A stretch of 64,000 nt of DNA from Marsupella aquatica (Eukaryota; Plantae; Marchantiophyta): NCBI GenBank assembly GCA_973895155.1, contig OZ316897.1:21170260-21234259 (forward strand). Direction: 5' to 3'. Below, piece by piece: positions 1 through 12,561 of the stretch. A model generated the notes under the pieces. It searched no databases, was not told the origin of the DNA, and saw nothing but the letters and a program-made list of their open reading frames with translations. Both the position numbers and the translations under genes were made by a program. The stretch's first letter is position 1. The number at the start of each line of letters is the position of its first letter.

Positions 1-250
1 GTACATTTTCTGATCCTGCTGCCATGTTTTCGTCCATTCTTTCACTTTTTAGAGTGTATATATTCAACACACTATCATTTCTGGTTCGAGGACTTGATGG
101 TTTTTGCGAATTGTTTAAATAATGCGCCCGGTTCGTTCTCTTGTCATCTATCCCTGAGTTGGAATGCCTCGACTTATTGATGCTGGCAATCTGTTGAATC
201 CTGCTCACATTTTCGACTGAGGTATATGAAATGGAATTTCGTTTTTGCAG

Positions 251-3200
251 ATATGAGATTTTCGGCCTCCATCGCCATCCTAAACATGGAGTTGAGTTGT
301 ATGAGTGGGCTCCGGGTACGGTGCCTGGACATATACCAATATATCGGGAAGGCTCTCGTAAAAAGTTATATATTTGTTCCCGTAAATTGCCACAACATTT
401 AGCAGTGAACTGGCTTGTTCAGTTTTCGGTAACTGAAGATGCATGATGAAGCCTCGCTAGACTTGCGCATTGACACTTAAGAACGCTCAATTGCTGAGGT
501 GCCTGACTTATTATTCAACCTTACAGGTGCAACTTTCTTTTCTATCGTTGGAGATTTTAACAACTGGGTGCACAGAGCGAATTGTATTGGGGAGAGGTAT
601 CTCGGGCGTGATGACTATAACCACTTTCGGATATTTGTCGAGGACCAGTTACGGGATGGGGAGGAGGAAGATGACACTTTGCAAGAGTATAGCTACATGA
701 GTGATTTTGACAAGGGAGACGAGGACGTAGACTTTGCTGCCGTCTTCCAAAAAATGAATGATGATTACTGGGAACCTGGAGAGGATGAATATCTGCGTAA
801 GTCACCTGAGGATGTAGCGAAGGAGATTTATAATCAGATATTTGGAGCTAGCAGTGCAGGCCAGGAAAGGAAGGACGAGGAGGAGGATTACGACGAGGAT
901 GAGGAAGATTTTGAGGAAGAGGATGAACTTCTGGATTGGGAGGAGACAGACGATCCAGAGGCTCTCATGAGGCGCTTTGGAAAATCTGGGGAAGACTTGG
1001 ATGCAGTTCAAAGAGAAGATGAGGGACAGGAAGATGTCGACACTGGCACGGATTTCCCAGAGACGAAGAAGAGAAAGAAGAAAGAAGGGACGATAGAGCA
1101 GTTGGTGTGGGACGACGGGAGGACACGGCTTGAAAGGTATAGGGCGAGCCCTGAATATGATGACCACGGGCTGCCACCCGTTGACATCGTGGATGATGGC
1201 AAAGACTATGATCGGCCGCACATGGTGGATGACCCAGTTTGGCGAGCCAAAGTGCAGGAGAAGACCAACCCTTATGCCTATTGGGAGCTACTTGTCAAGG
1301 GTCGGAAGGCCTGGGAGAAGAAGTACATCCCCGGCATTCCTCACTTGGGCCGTCATCGAGAACACGTGCGTACACCAGAGGGTGCCTTCGAACGGATTCC
1401 TGCATATGCAACTTATGTCTTACCGGGTATTGTAGAGACTTTCTTGTTTGTCCTCTTCTTGTTTTCTTCCTTCAGTACCTAGAGTAATCGTATTATGATG
1501 TTGTCAATAGTGTGTGGATGGTACAAATGCAATATGAGTTGTTTACTTCCTTGAAAGATTTGGCCATCAGGTTAGCTTACGCATTTGGGTTATCTATGTA
1601 GACGGCGAGGGTAAGTACAGTGCAGTGTTCTGGGATCCGCCGCCAGAAGGTAAACACAAGTGGGTTCACAAAAGCCCACGAAAGCCAGAGAGTTTGCGTA
1701 TATATGAGTGCCATGTTGGTATCAGCGGAGAGGATCCACGAATTGCTACTTTCAGGGAGCTTGCAACGAAGGTATTCTCAGTTTTGCACAATTGACTTGA
1801 TTGAAGTTTGTGGTTATCATGCCTACTTGACAAAACTTGTTCATATGTCATTTATGATAGTCCCCGCAGTTGATGCCATCTTTACTGCACTCTGGTTTAC
1901 CTATTGGTGTGGGCTGCAGGTTCTTCCTCATGTGAGAAAGTCTGGATATAACGTAATTCAATTGATTGGTGTTCAAGAGCATGTCGAGTACTCTAGCGTG
2001 GGCTACAAGGTAAATAATCTTGCGTTCGGCTACGCAGCATATCTTCATTTGTTGCCAGCTAATTTGGGCTTTCTGGATGGTTGAATGAATTGTTTAAACA
2101 CTCCGTTTGCTCTTCAAATGTGAGCTGAGGAAACTAGAAGGAATTTGTGATAGTTTGAAGACCATGGACCTCCAGGCCGGCAAAATTTCCAACATCTGTC
2201 TCCTACATTTTGGCTTTCTATTTTCCAACGCAGTCAAAGTGAGATCGTGTATCTTGTTTATATGTAGAATGAGTAATTTGGTCTTGGGTTAACGGACAGA
2301 GTCTTTAGAAAGACGGCTACTGTCGTTTGAATAAATTCTTTCTGATGGTGGAAACTGTTGGCGGTGCTCTCTGGTATCAATTCGTGTGACAGGTAACAAA
2401 CATGTTTGCTGTGAGCAGCCGATTTGGAACCCCAGAAGATTTCAAGTTTCTCGTGGACACCGCGCATGGTCAGTTTACTGTTTATGAGTTTATACCGTCA
2501 TTGCTCATCTGGCATTTCTACACTTCTTCTATGTCTGTCCTGGGGCTTGACCTGGCACTGAAAATCATGATCTAGAAGTCATTAACTTTTGGTTTAGGCT
2601 CAATTAGATAGCCCTCCAGTGACCACCAATGACAATAAATACGATAGATTGATACGCCACATTTGTTGCAGGATTGGGCCTGCTTGTATTTATGGATATT
2701 GTCCACTCTTATGCTGCTCCCAATGAGATGGTTGGTTTGGCAGCCTTTGACGGGGCAAATGACTGCTTCTTTCACACTGGTATGTCTTGTCGTTTTTTGT
2801 TCGGGCGGGTGATGGGGTGTTGGGGGGCGGTGCTCTATACGGCAGTTTCACGCAGGCAAAGGGGCGACCTGGGGTTGCTAGTTCAATACTAGGTTGCCTA
2901 GAATACCGTTGATCATATCATGCAGAGGATAAAATCAAAGAGCATCTTATGAGCCGAGTTAATATCTTTTGTGCAAAGCATCATATCAACACTAGAAAAA
3001 GATATCATGAATTATTTCACTGCTTCTGAACAGGAAGGCGAGGGTTACACAAGCGATGGGGGACTAGGATGTTTCGATATGGGGAATATGAAGTAGTCCG
3101 GTATTTGCTGTCAAATTTGAAGTGGTGAGTGTTTTGAAGACATCTCGTTATTCTTCTACACTCACCTCTTTTCATTTGTTTGGTTGGCTCTTCGCTCGTT

Positions 3201-6200
3201 AATGATGTCACTGAATTTAAGTCATGCCTTAAAGATCTTATTGATGGCAATCCATGATTTGTTTACAAAGATGAGAGGAACGTTTCCTTCCGCTATATGT
3301 GTCTTGCTTCACAGGATGAAATTTTTAAATATTCCTTGTCTTGGGGTATGCAGGTGGGTTGAGGAGTATAAAATCGACGGGTTCCATTTCCATTCCGTGT
3401 CCTCGATGCTCTACACCCACAACGGCCTTTCGGACTTCGATAATGGTTTAATAGAGTGAGTCAGACATTCTCACCTCATACATACCGAGTAAACACTTCC
3501 TGTGCTATGAAGCTACACCTTTGTTCTTCGCTTCCGTGGTTCTATATCTGAAGGGACGGTTGCCTGCAATGTGGACTTTTGGTTGATGGACATGTCTCTG
3601 TTGCAGTTATTGCAACCAATATGTTGACAAGGACGCTCAAATCTACCTCATGCTCGCAAATGAAATGCTACATCAGCTTAAACCAGATATTGTCACCATC
3701 GCGGAAGATGTATGTAGCAATCGATTTTCGTACTGGGGTGCTGCAATATCCAGGAAATTTTCCTTTCGATAGTACATTCTTCTTACATAAGCCTTCAAAT
3801 TAAGTAAATTGGTTGGGTTTATCTGATCTTGACTGTCTTCTGTGTCGTGAGAAGCATACTTTATTCTGGGCTTCTTGCACTATGTAACGGTGCACGCAAA
3901 AGTCTTGGCAACAGCCATATGACCGCAATTCGTTGACTATGATATTCCTTGTTTCGCAGGTGACGATGTATCCAGGAATTGCTCAGCCCCTGAGCCCAGG
4001 TGGTTTAGGTTTTGACTATTATGTCAATCTGTTGCCCTCTGAGTTATGGGCCCAGTTAGTTGAGACTGTGTCGGACCAAGATTGGAGCATGACAAAGGTA
4101 CTAATCCCTATTTCTTAGGGCAAGCATGAAGGCGCAATCTGGAATCTCTTTCCACTACTCAAATGGGGAGTTTCACTGATAGTGAATTTATGCGTTTTTT
4201 TGACTTTGAGATACACAGATAGTTGCGGCTCTGAAGGTGGATGAAAGTTTGGGCAAACCTCTTGTTTATGCTGAGAATCACAACCAGGTATCTCGTGAAA
4301 CGGCCTCAAGTGTTTTTATGTTTGCTCTAGTAGTTACAACAATTGTATGTGACTCATAATTGAGCTGCCAGATTGGCCTTGAGCATCCATCGGAGGTTAT
4401 TGCTTGAGATTTGCCAGTTAGGAAAAGACGGATCCCTTTTGCCGTCCCTTATCGTAATGAAAGATGAAAGTAAAAAGTTGTGGAGTTGCTAACTTAATCT
4501 AATGGACACTGAATTCTACGGAACAGTAGGGTCCTTTGTTGACATGATTGTACCATTTGTTTTGTGCATCAGTCCATCGTTGGAGGAAAATCTCTAGCTG
4601 AATTACTTCTGAATCGTTCAAGAAGTAATAGTAAAGCTTCCTCAAATGCTACCCTGTCATCTACGGGTGGCAAGGGAAATGGTTTAGAAGACACCAAGTT
4701 CTCAACGAGAGGTGTTTCACTATTACAGGTTCTTTTCTGCTCCAGTCCTCCATAATAGTTTCTAGATCCCTACTTCGTGGGTTTTGTCGAGTCTGCCCTT
4801 GATGTGCATTCTTGAGATATAGCTGATGTGGACTGAAGTTCACTGGACTCTATGCAGATGATCAAGCTCCTTACCTTGACCCTGGGAGGAAGTGCATACT
4901 TGAATTTCATGGGCAATGAATTTGGTCACCCTGAGGTATGCCTTCGTGTTCCCCAGTAATTACTTGAAATTAACTTGTGACCCGTGATTGAATACGCAGT
5001 CCCGAAGGTAACATTTAGGCTGTTTAGCAATAACTCTGTTTTAAAATTTGTCGGAGAATCTTGTGATATACTTGTTTCGTTGGTATTTTGTGATCTCAGT
5101 GGGTGGAATTTCCAAGATCTGACAATAATTATTCATACGCTCGAGCGCGACGACAATGGAATCTTCTTCATGACAATGCTCAACACAGTCATCTCGCGAT
5201 TTTTGACAGGGTGGGTGTTCGCCAACTTATTATTGGTGGACTTGCTGTGGAATAGTAATACTAGAAATTCCGTTTTCCGAATTTAATTTCTGCTCCCTCT
5301 GATGCTATATCCCATGCACGTTCTGGCAGGCTCTTATGGAGATTGAAGAGGAACATAAAGTTATGTCCAGTGGGCGTGTTACTATCTGTCATGTGGACGA
5401 TTCTACCAAGGTACATTGACTTGAGTCTGACGCTGCAGGAGTTTCTTTGTTAAAGTCGAGCTTACCGTCAAGTGCTTGGTATTGACAATATGTAGCAACT
5501 TGTCATGATTTGCATATTGTACGTATGATTTGCATATTGACAATATGTATTTGCATGACATGAGTTTCTTTGTACATATGTCAATACGCAAATACATATT
5601 GTCATGAGTTTCTTTGTACTTGCAGGTCATAATTTATACTCGGGGAAATTTACTCTTTTCTTTCAATTTTCACCCCACAAACTTTTACGAAGTCTACAAG
5701 GTCGGTGTCCCAGAAGCTGGCGAGTATGGGGTACGTCCAAAACTTAGATTCATGGCACTTTTCATTGAAGGACTTTCAGAGCCTTCAATGAATTTTTGTT
5801 GGGTCCTTATTTGTTATTCATACTTATAGTAACATAAGAAAGATTGGTGACGAAGAGGACACACGTTGCTGAGACTGGTTTTGACTATCGCAGAAACTAT
5901 TGGACACGGATGAACAAACGTTTGGTGGAAATGCTGACCTGAGTTCTGAGTGCTTGACCACGACAAGAGGAAGGTATTCATCCTACCCATTCCTCTCAAA
6001 TCGAGGCATGGATGTTGGCTTCTCGTGGATAGCTATGAAACTAACACTCGTGTCTGTCTGTCCTGTAATCCTTGTCAATGGTAGCGCTGAAGCGGTTGTT
6101 CCAAATTGATTATTTTTCTTTTCGCAGGATGGATAATTTTGCAAATAACCTTACCCTGGAGTTACCACCATTAACTGCACAGGTATGCCAGTGATTTGAG

Positions 6201-6433
6201 TTTTTGGGCAAAGATTTGTCCATTACTATATTTCCCTGAATTTCACGGACCTCTGTAGTCGGGGTGGAATAGTTTCCAATTCTTGCGACCAGGAGTTTTA
6301 GTCTCAGGTGAACAGTCTCAAGAGCTCGCTCTACTTGCATCAATTTGAGTCTGTTTGATTACGACTAATGTTACATGTACTGCCATCGTCTACATTGCAG
6401 GTGTACAGATTAGAACGAATATGGGCAGACTAG
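251..6433 (+). CDS. SBE3: 1,4-alpha-glucan (starch) branching enzyme, class III (SBE3/AtBE1-like), 5' part outside the window
   Basis: GT-AG exons splice in frame: 251-315, 527-1426, 1602-1771, 1920-2009, 2393-2468, 2672-2779, 3034-3124, 3354-3455, 3607-3709, 3960-4097, 4219-4287, 4573-4728, 4858-4935, 5100-5210, 5330-5410, 5626-5730, 5894-5973, 6128-6182, 6401-6433 ([10 protein letters not shown]). GH13 branching-enzyme motifs: [67 protein letters not shown]. Confidence 0.95.
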
Positions 6434-6850
6434 ATACCAGCTGATAGGAAGAATTGTAACAACATATACCCACGCTGTAGGCTAGACGTTTTGCAACATC
6501 TCCAGTGTGTATTTCTGGTGGCTTGAATGTTGTCAATGAATTTTTGAGCAAGTCTACGACCACATTCACGTACTTGCCTCAGTCAGTTGCCCTGGTTAGT
6601 ATCAGGTAGTTATCTCTTCTACCTTGGCTAGAGTCACAGGTTTATTTGTCACCATAGAATCATAAAACACAAATCCACTACTTATGCATGCAACTTACAC
6701 CATTGTGAAGTCCATTTTTGTGTGGGCATATATAAATCGTCAATTGGGGAGCGGAGAATTGCCACTCGAAGTTAGTAAATTTAAGAACTTTTTGTACACT
6801 GGGTCATCAGTGTCCTCTAAAACGAGGAACCATGACATCGTATTCACCAA

Positions 6851-8612
6851 TCACAAGTAAATTTTGGGTGGCAGCCGAGTGGGCATGCTGGAGGCTGGGG
6901 TTTTACAAGTTGGGCATTGCCTGTTCTTCAAGTTCCACAGAGTTTTGGTGCATTTGTAACAGATATTAGCATGATTGCAGTCCTTCCAGTAGGCCCGCTG
7001 CTGGTCTGGATCTTCTCCAAACTCGTTCGTGCAAATGATACACTCTGCCACCTGCACCCAACAACGCCAGATGAAGACCCATAACCAAGGTCTCATTTGT
7101 CTGTTTCATAACTCTTGTTTGCTTCCTTTCAGTCATCCTAACCAAGCTGATCTTTCCCGTCGATCTCTAATCTAGGCAATCCGTGGTTGTATCCTAGAGA
7201 ACAAAATATGTTCTTATCTGAGGGTGGGGATATCTGGACATAAGATATTCGTGAAGATTTCCTGCGTAAGTAATATGCATGCACGAAGTAATTTTTCATG
7301 TAATTTCCATACGCGTATTCTCTCAATATGCAGTTCAGGTACGTTTTTTTCAGTTGCGTTTGAAATTTACATATGTTAAGTAAACTTGATTGAAATGCGA
7401 GCTTATTCTAAGGTGCATACCAAAATGAGTGCGAGAGACTACTATGATCAAAACTGGAAGTCGAGAATTTTGAGTAGTACCATTACTTACCTCGTTCCTC
7501 TTAAGAATTTGGATCTCCTCTCTTTGTTCCCTGATTTGTTCCTGCGCCAGAGAGTGCTGTTTTGAAGCCTTCTGCAATTCCACTTTTTTGCATTTGATTT
7601 CTGCATTTCGTTGCTCCAGCTGGGTAAGCAGATTTTTGCACATTTCTTCGAGTTTCTTCCCTTCAGACACTCCTGTCCTAAGCTTAGCGGGTTGCGCCTC
7701 CCACCTTTGCCTCTCCAAGATTGCGCCTCCCGCCTCTGGCTCTCCAAGTTGGTCAAGCAGATCTCTGCCCTCTTCTTCAAGTCGTTTCTGTTCAGACTGT
7801 GCCTCCCACCTCTGCCTCTCCAAGATGCGATGCAGGGGCTGCTTATGTGAAACGAAATCCGCTACATCCGTCTTTTTGTGTTTCCCTTTCTGCACATCGC
7901 TTTTGCAGTGCGTCAACTTCCCAGACATGCCATCCGAAGGTCTCTCCATCTTCCTGGTGCGGGCCTGATGGTTTGAAACCTTTTGTCTATCTCCCAGTCT
8001 GGGTTTGAGATGTAAAGCTTGCTCTTCTACATGCAATTGCTCCAGCAGATCGCTGAATCCGTCTGCCTTTTTCTCTTCGGCAGCTGCTGAAGCCAGCCTG
8101 ATAGATTCCAGCCGCGTAACTTCGGCCTTCCACTGCTGTGACTCCACAGTGATCTTCCTCAGTTGCTGTTCCCGGGCATAAGCTTCATCTTGCAGCCTCT
8201 TGCACATGAGTTTCCACTCTTTCAGCCTCTTGCATGTGAGTTTCCAGTCATCTCTCTCGAGTTTCCACTTGTCTCTCTCCGTATTCCACTTATCCCTCTC
8301 AGCGTTGTGTAGCTTCAGTAGCTCTTGCATTGTCTCTCTATACGAATCTGTGGGACCCAACTGCCTGTTGTACTCCAGGCTCGTCTCAGCCTTCAATCGA
8401 TTCATCTGCTCTACTCGCCATTCATTTACTCGACTGGATGCTTGGGTCTCCGTCTCCCAATCACACAACTTCGTAATGGCCTTCAAAGTGAGCTCTAAAT
8501 CTTCCTCCCTTTGGCCGTCTCTAATCACTTCTGGTAGAGAGTGAGAGCCGTGAGGATTGTAATAGTCAGGCCTGCTCTCATTGCATTCCTCTTGAGAGAA
8601 GTAAGCTAACAT
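6851..8612 (-). CDS. Coiled-coil + C-terminal RING-HC (C3HC4) protein, family copy 1; putative E3 ligase
   Basis: Exon 8612-7491 (ATG; Trp/Glu/Lys-rich heptads; donor GAG|GTAAGT), intron 7490-7052, exon 7051-6851 (acceptor GGGTGCAG|) encoding C-x2-C...C-x-H-x3-C-x2-C...C-x2-C, ending PPKIYL*. Confidence 0.85.
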
Positions 8613-11319
8613 TTGTGGTGGGATTCTCCGTCCTCACGGTTTGAGATGTCCACAATTTCTATGATCAGTCAGTTTGCACATGTCAAGCACCGGAGTAGTC
8701 CAATACGTCTGGCAGTTTATTGTCCGGTTCTGTCGAATCGTTTAGTGCCATGGGCTCGGCTTCTTCTTCCAACTCCAGCGATGGGGCCGGGTGCTTGTCG
8801 AATCCTCTCCTCATGGACAGCTGAGGAGTACATAACGATTGTATGGTGAGCAGGCATGGCGGGAATCTAAGTGAACAGTCGAATTCTCCTAGGACGAGAT
8901 TCAACGTTGTCAAGCGCAAACTCAGGTCCCAATATGAATCAACTAGAGATTCCCTACAGGATTCATATCCGCGTGGTGGGATATGTGATCGTCGTCAATT
9001 CGCTAACATCCAAGAAAGACAGAAGCAGTGACACATCCCGAAGGTGTAGCGGTTCGTTGAAAACTTAGATGAAGCTGGAACGACCGTTCTCATGACTTCC
9101 ACCCACTCACAAAAGTCATTGCTATCAGGGTCTCCTTCACAACTAGTTCTAAATTACGGTCCAATTGACATCCGAAGAAACACGCAACACAGCCGCGAAT
9201 GAGAAAGGAAATTTCGTACCGAAGCTTTCACAGTACGCTTTCAACCTGATCACATCCGCGCTCACTCCGTTGTTCAATTATTGAAGTCTCCGATCGTTCG
9301 ATGAACACAAACGAGCCCTTGACAAAATTCAGCAACTAATTGGGCAGTTGGGCAGATGATCTTCCACTTCGTGCAGCAAAAGCAGCTGGATGTCTTCAAC
9401 TCTAATCGAGTCAGGGACGCATGAAGATCGCTTTGACCCGAGCTGAAACAATTCATGTATTTCTTCCACATCAGATAGCCTGTTGACAATTGCCGAGCCA
9501 CTATTGACCCAAGCCTCACTAATCTCCAATAAGTCAGGATACAATGATCGACCAAACTCCAAATTCTTGAGGTAAATAATTGGACGAGCTTTCAGCTTTG
9601 GATGCGGAGCCATCATTCTGTTCTTCACCTTATCTTCTCGTGCAGATGATCGTAAGAAAAGAACAATACCGTACAAATTAAACGAGGAAGCTTCAGAGTA
9701 GAATGGCACCGAAGCCTCAAGCACTTCGAATGACGGTGACAGCCACATCAAAGTTCAGATTCTCAAAGCAAACCGAAACTAAAAGGTTCAAGATCACCAC
9801 CCCGCATCTAACTCTCACATCACGATCACAAGCGTACTAGACGCAAAGAAGAAAAGCAAGGGGAATTGCAAGGATCGAAAGGCACAAATAGTGTGAGCTT
9901 CGAATCCTCGATTAAATTCACGTCAGCACCTTAGTCAGCCTTGGAAGTGCCGTCAGTTCCGCAGTCTCAGCCATCATCGATCTGAACTCGTAATCGTTTC
10001 TCCGTCGCACTGGTGATTCTCACGAGGAAGGGAAGCAGGGAGCATGAGCACAAGACGGATGAGGCCGAGGTGGGATTTGGGATGGCGTTGCTGCTGCTGT
10101 CCTTCCCGTTGTAAGTCACGTTTATTAGAGATTCTGATCAGAGTCAAAGGGAAGTCAGCTGAGCGGCGAAACACGATGCTAGAGGTTCTATGCTTCAGAG
10201 TTTATCGGTGGGTCCAAGAGATTTAGATTTAGATTTGGAAGTTGTTGAAAATCGGTCGGTCCAAGAGTGAAGACTTGAAGTTGTTGAAAATGTGGACCAT
10301 TGATTTATTTTATCCCAGAAAGCACCACTGTCCTTCCACTGTCGCTGCGGCAAAACTCACAATAATGAAACCTCATTAATTTGTCAACAAAGCTGCATGG
10401 ATGGATCATAACAAGTTGTCAAGTTGGATAACTTGGATGGACAGTCTTGAACCACTTTTCGTTTTAGTGTTTAGGTTTCTTAAGGAAAAGAGTGAAAAAA
10501 ACTTTACTCCACACACAAAAAGTAAACGACAGCTGTCTACTACAGCAGGTAGATTCTTCAATAACTTATTTAAAATTCAAATAGTGTTGCCCAAGTGAAT
10601 CTTCAACGGACCTCCATGTTGTCTACGAAGGCCACATGGACTGGCAAAGCTTGGATGGACCGCTCATGACATCTAAGTTGACTCAGATAACATTGTTTAC
10701 ACTGTCGGCTGAAATTCATTGTTTACACTGTCGGCTGAAATATGATGTAACATGTCTCCTTATCGTTTGCAGCCTGTTTCAGCTACATTACCGAACGAGT
10801 TTCCTCAGTACCGCAAATGTTCTTTAAAAACTCTCAAAACTTTGGGGGGGGGGGCGGGGGTGGGACCATATGTTGCAAACCTACACCATTCTTGTGAAAT
10901 TTGTGATGACTAAACAATTTCCTTAAGTGGCTGGCTCAAATCCGTGATACGAGAGCATTGGAGTGGCACAATGTTTTTAATCACACCTTCCATCTCATTG
11001 ATCCAATTTAATTGCTTGCTTTCAATTGGGCTGAGATTGTAGCTTCAAGACAAGAAGCTCCATTCTTCTCCAAGCAACATTGCTCAGCCAATCAGACATT
11101 ATTCTGAACAGAGGGCATTTTCAAAAAATGTGACTTGATGTTTGGACTACTTTCTTCACTAGTTGTCAAAGTTGTCAACTGCAATACACGACCGGTTCAT
11201 TTTAGGCAGTCCAGGGGGATGGGCACAGACAAAGTTTTGGTCCACTTGCCCTTCAGATTTGTGAGCTCAATGTTCCTTATTCTTTTTGTAAATAAATGGT
11301 CATAAATTAGGTCTCATAA

Positions 11320-12400
11320 TATATTGCAGGTGTACAAACTAGATCCAATATGGGCAGAGAGATACTTGCAGATGAGGAAGAACTGCACAACACATAGCCA
11401 CTCTCTATGCTAGACATGTGTGTATTTCATGGTGGCTTGTGTGTTGTCATGAATGTGAGCAAGCTTATTAATACAGTCACAAATTTGTCTCAAGGGATTA
11501 TATCAATTTAAAAAAATCTGCCCTGGTTAGCATCACGTAGTTATCACTTCTACTGAAGCAAGACTGGCATGTTTAATTGTCACCTTCAACCACTTTAATA
11601 TGTGATCCTGTCTGCCAAAATAGACCCCAAGACTAACAGGCACAAGGAGGGAGAGAGCAGAAGGAGCACAAGCAGGTGAGGGAGGCACAAGGAGGGAGAG
11701 GAATTCTGAGCAATTCTTGCAAAAGCTCTCACCACAAGTGTACCTCAATTTTCCATACCCATTTGCAACGTGCACCCTTTACTTTAGTCAACCACCTAAC
11801 TGAAACAACTATAGTTGTGGCGCAACATGACTGCCCCGACATGAGATGGTTGGGACAATAACACTTGCTTATTTCACTTGCACTTCTTTGTCTCACCTCA
11901 GCATTTCTACGTGACGCACAGGAGTTGCAATGACTCTTGACCACAATGACAATCATGGAATGACAGCATGGCCGGTTCAAGTGCATGACCACAATGACAT
12001 ATGAGTTTAAGCATCTTAATTATGCATTATGTCCTCGTTGAAATAATGGACTTCAATGTATTCTTCAATTTTTTTTGCTTAACACTTGCACACCCCATAA
12101 CATGGACGTGACAACAGTATGGCTGCAATGATCCCATGACCACTATGACTATCATGCAATACATGGGCATTAGGCTAATAGAAGCATGAAACACATATCC
12201 ACTACTTATGAATGCCACGTCCAGCATTTGTGAAGGGCATGTGTGTGTGGGCCTATATAAATCTTCAATTGGGGACCCAAGAGCACCCTGAACTTAATAA
12301 TGTTTTGTACACTAGGGGAGCACCCACTCAAGTCAGTAACTTTACTATTATGTTGTACACTAGGTGATCAGCATTTGAAATCTAAAACTAGGAACCATGA
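11320..12400 (+). pseudogene. Duplicated SBE3 last exon and downstream intergenic region, part of a segmental duplication, with a ~590-bp insertion (11585-12177)
   Basis: 'attgcaggtgtacaaactagatccaatatgggcaga' matches SBE3 6394-6429. Similarity to 6430-6840 continues but is interrupted at gtcacc^atagaa. Confidence 0.8.
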
Positions 12401-12414
12401 CACTGCAATTACCA

Positions 12415-12545
12415 ATAACATTTTGGGTGGAAAGCCAAGTGGGCATTCTGGGGGCTGGGGTCTTACAAATTGGGTACTGCCTATTCTTTAAGCTCCACAA
12501 AGTTTTTGTGTATTCGTAATAGATATAATCATGATTGCAGTCTAT
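12415..12545 (-). pseudogene. Degenerate extra copy of the 3' part of the RING exon
   Basis: 'attttgggtggaaagccaagtgggcattctgggggctgggg...catgattgcagtct' aligns with 6861-6983 and 12571-12695, with indels and substitutions. Confidence 0.75.
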
Positions 12546-12561
12546 TTAATTTCTGGATCAC

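Noticed and set aside
7350-7490. Hydrophobic C-terminal tails of ORFs 7350-8612, 12913-16302 and 47270-48808
   Set aside because: They are intron read-through; GT donors at equivalent positions splice to the RING exon.
7588-8544. Plus-strand Ser/Leu-rich ORFs
   Set aside because: Antisense shadows of the coiled-coil exon.
9329-9751. 140-aa ORF upstream of RING copy 1
   Set aside because: The loosely similar regions in copies 3 and 4 (45420-45640, 49800-50090) keep no open frame; probably 5' UTR or intron.
10843-10864. Poly-G run / G-quadruplex
   Set aside because: A simple homopolymer with no supporting context.
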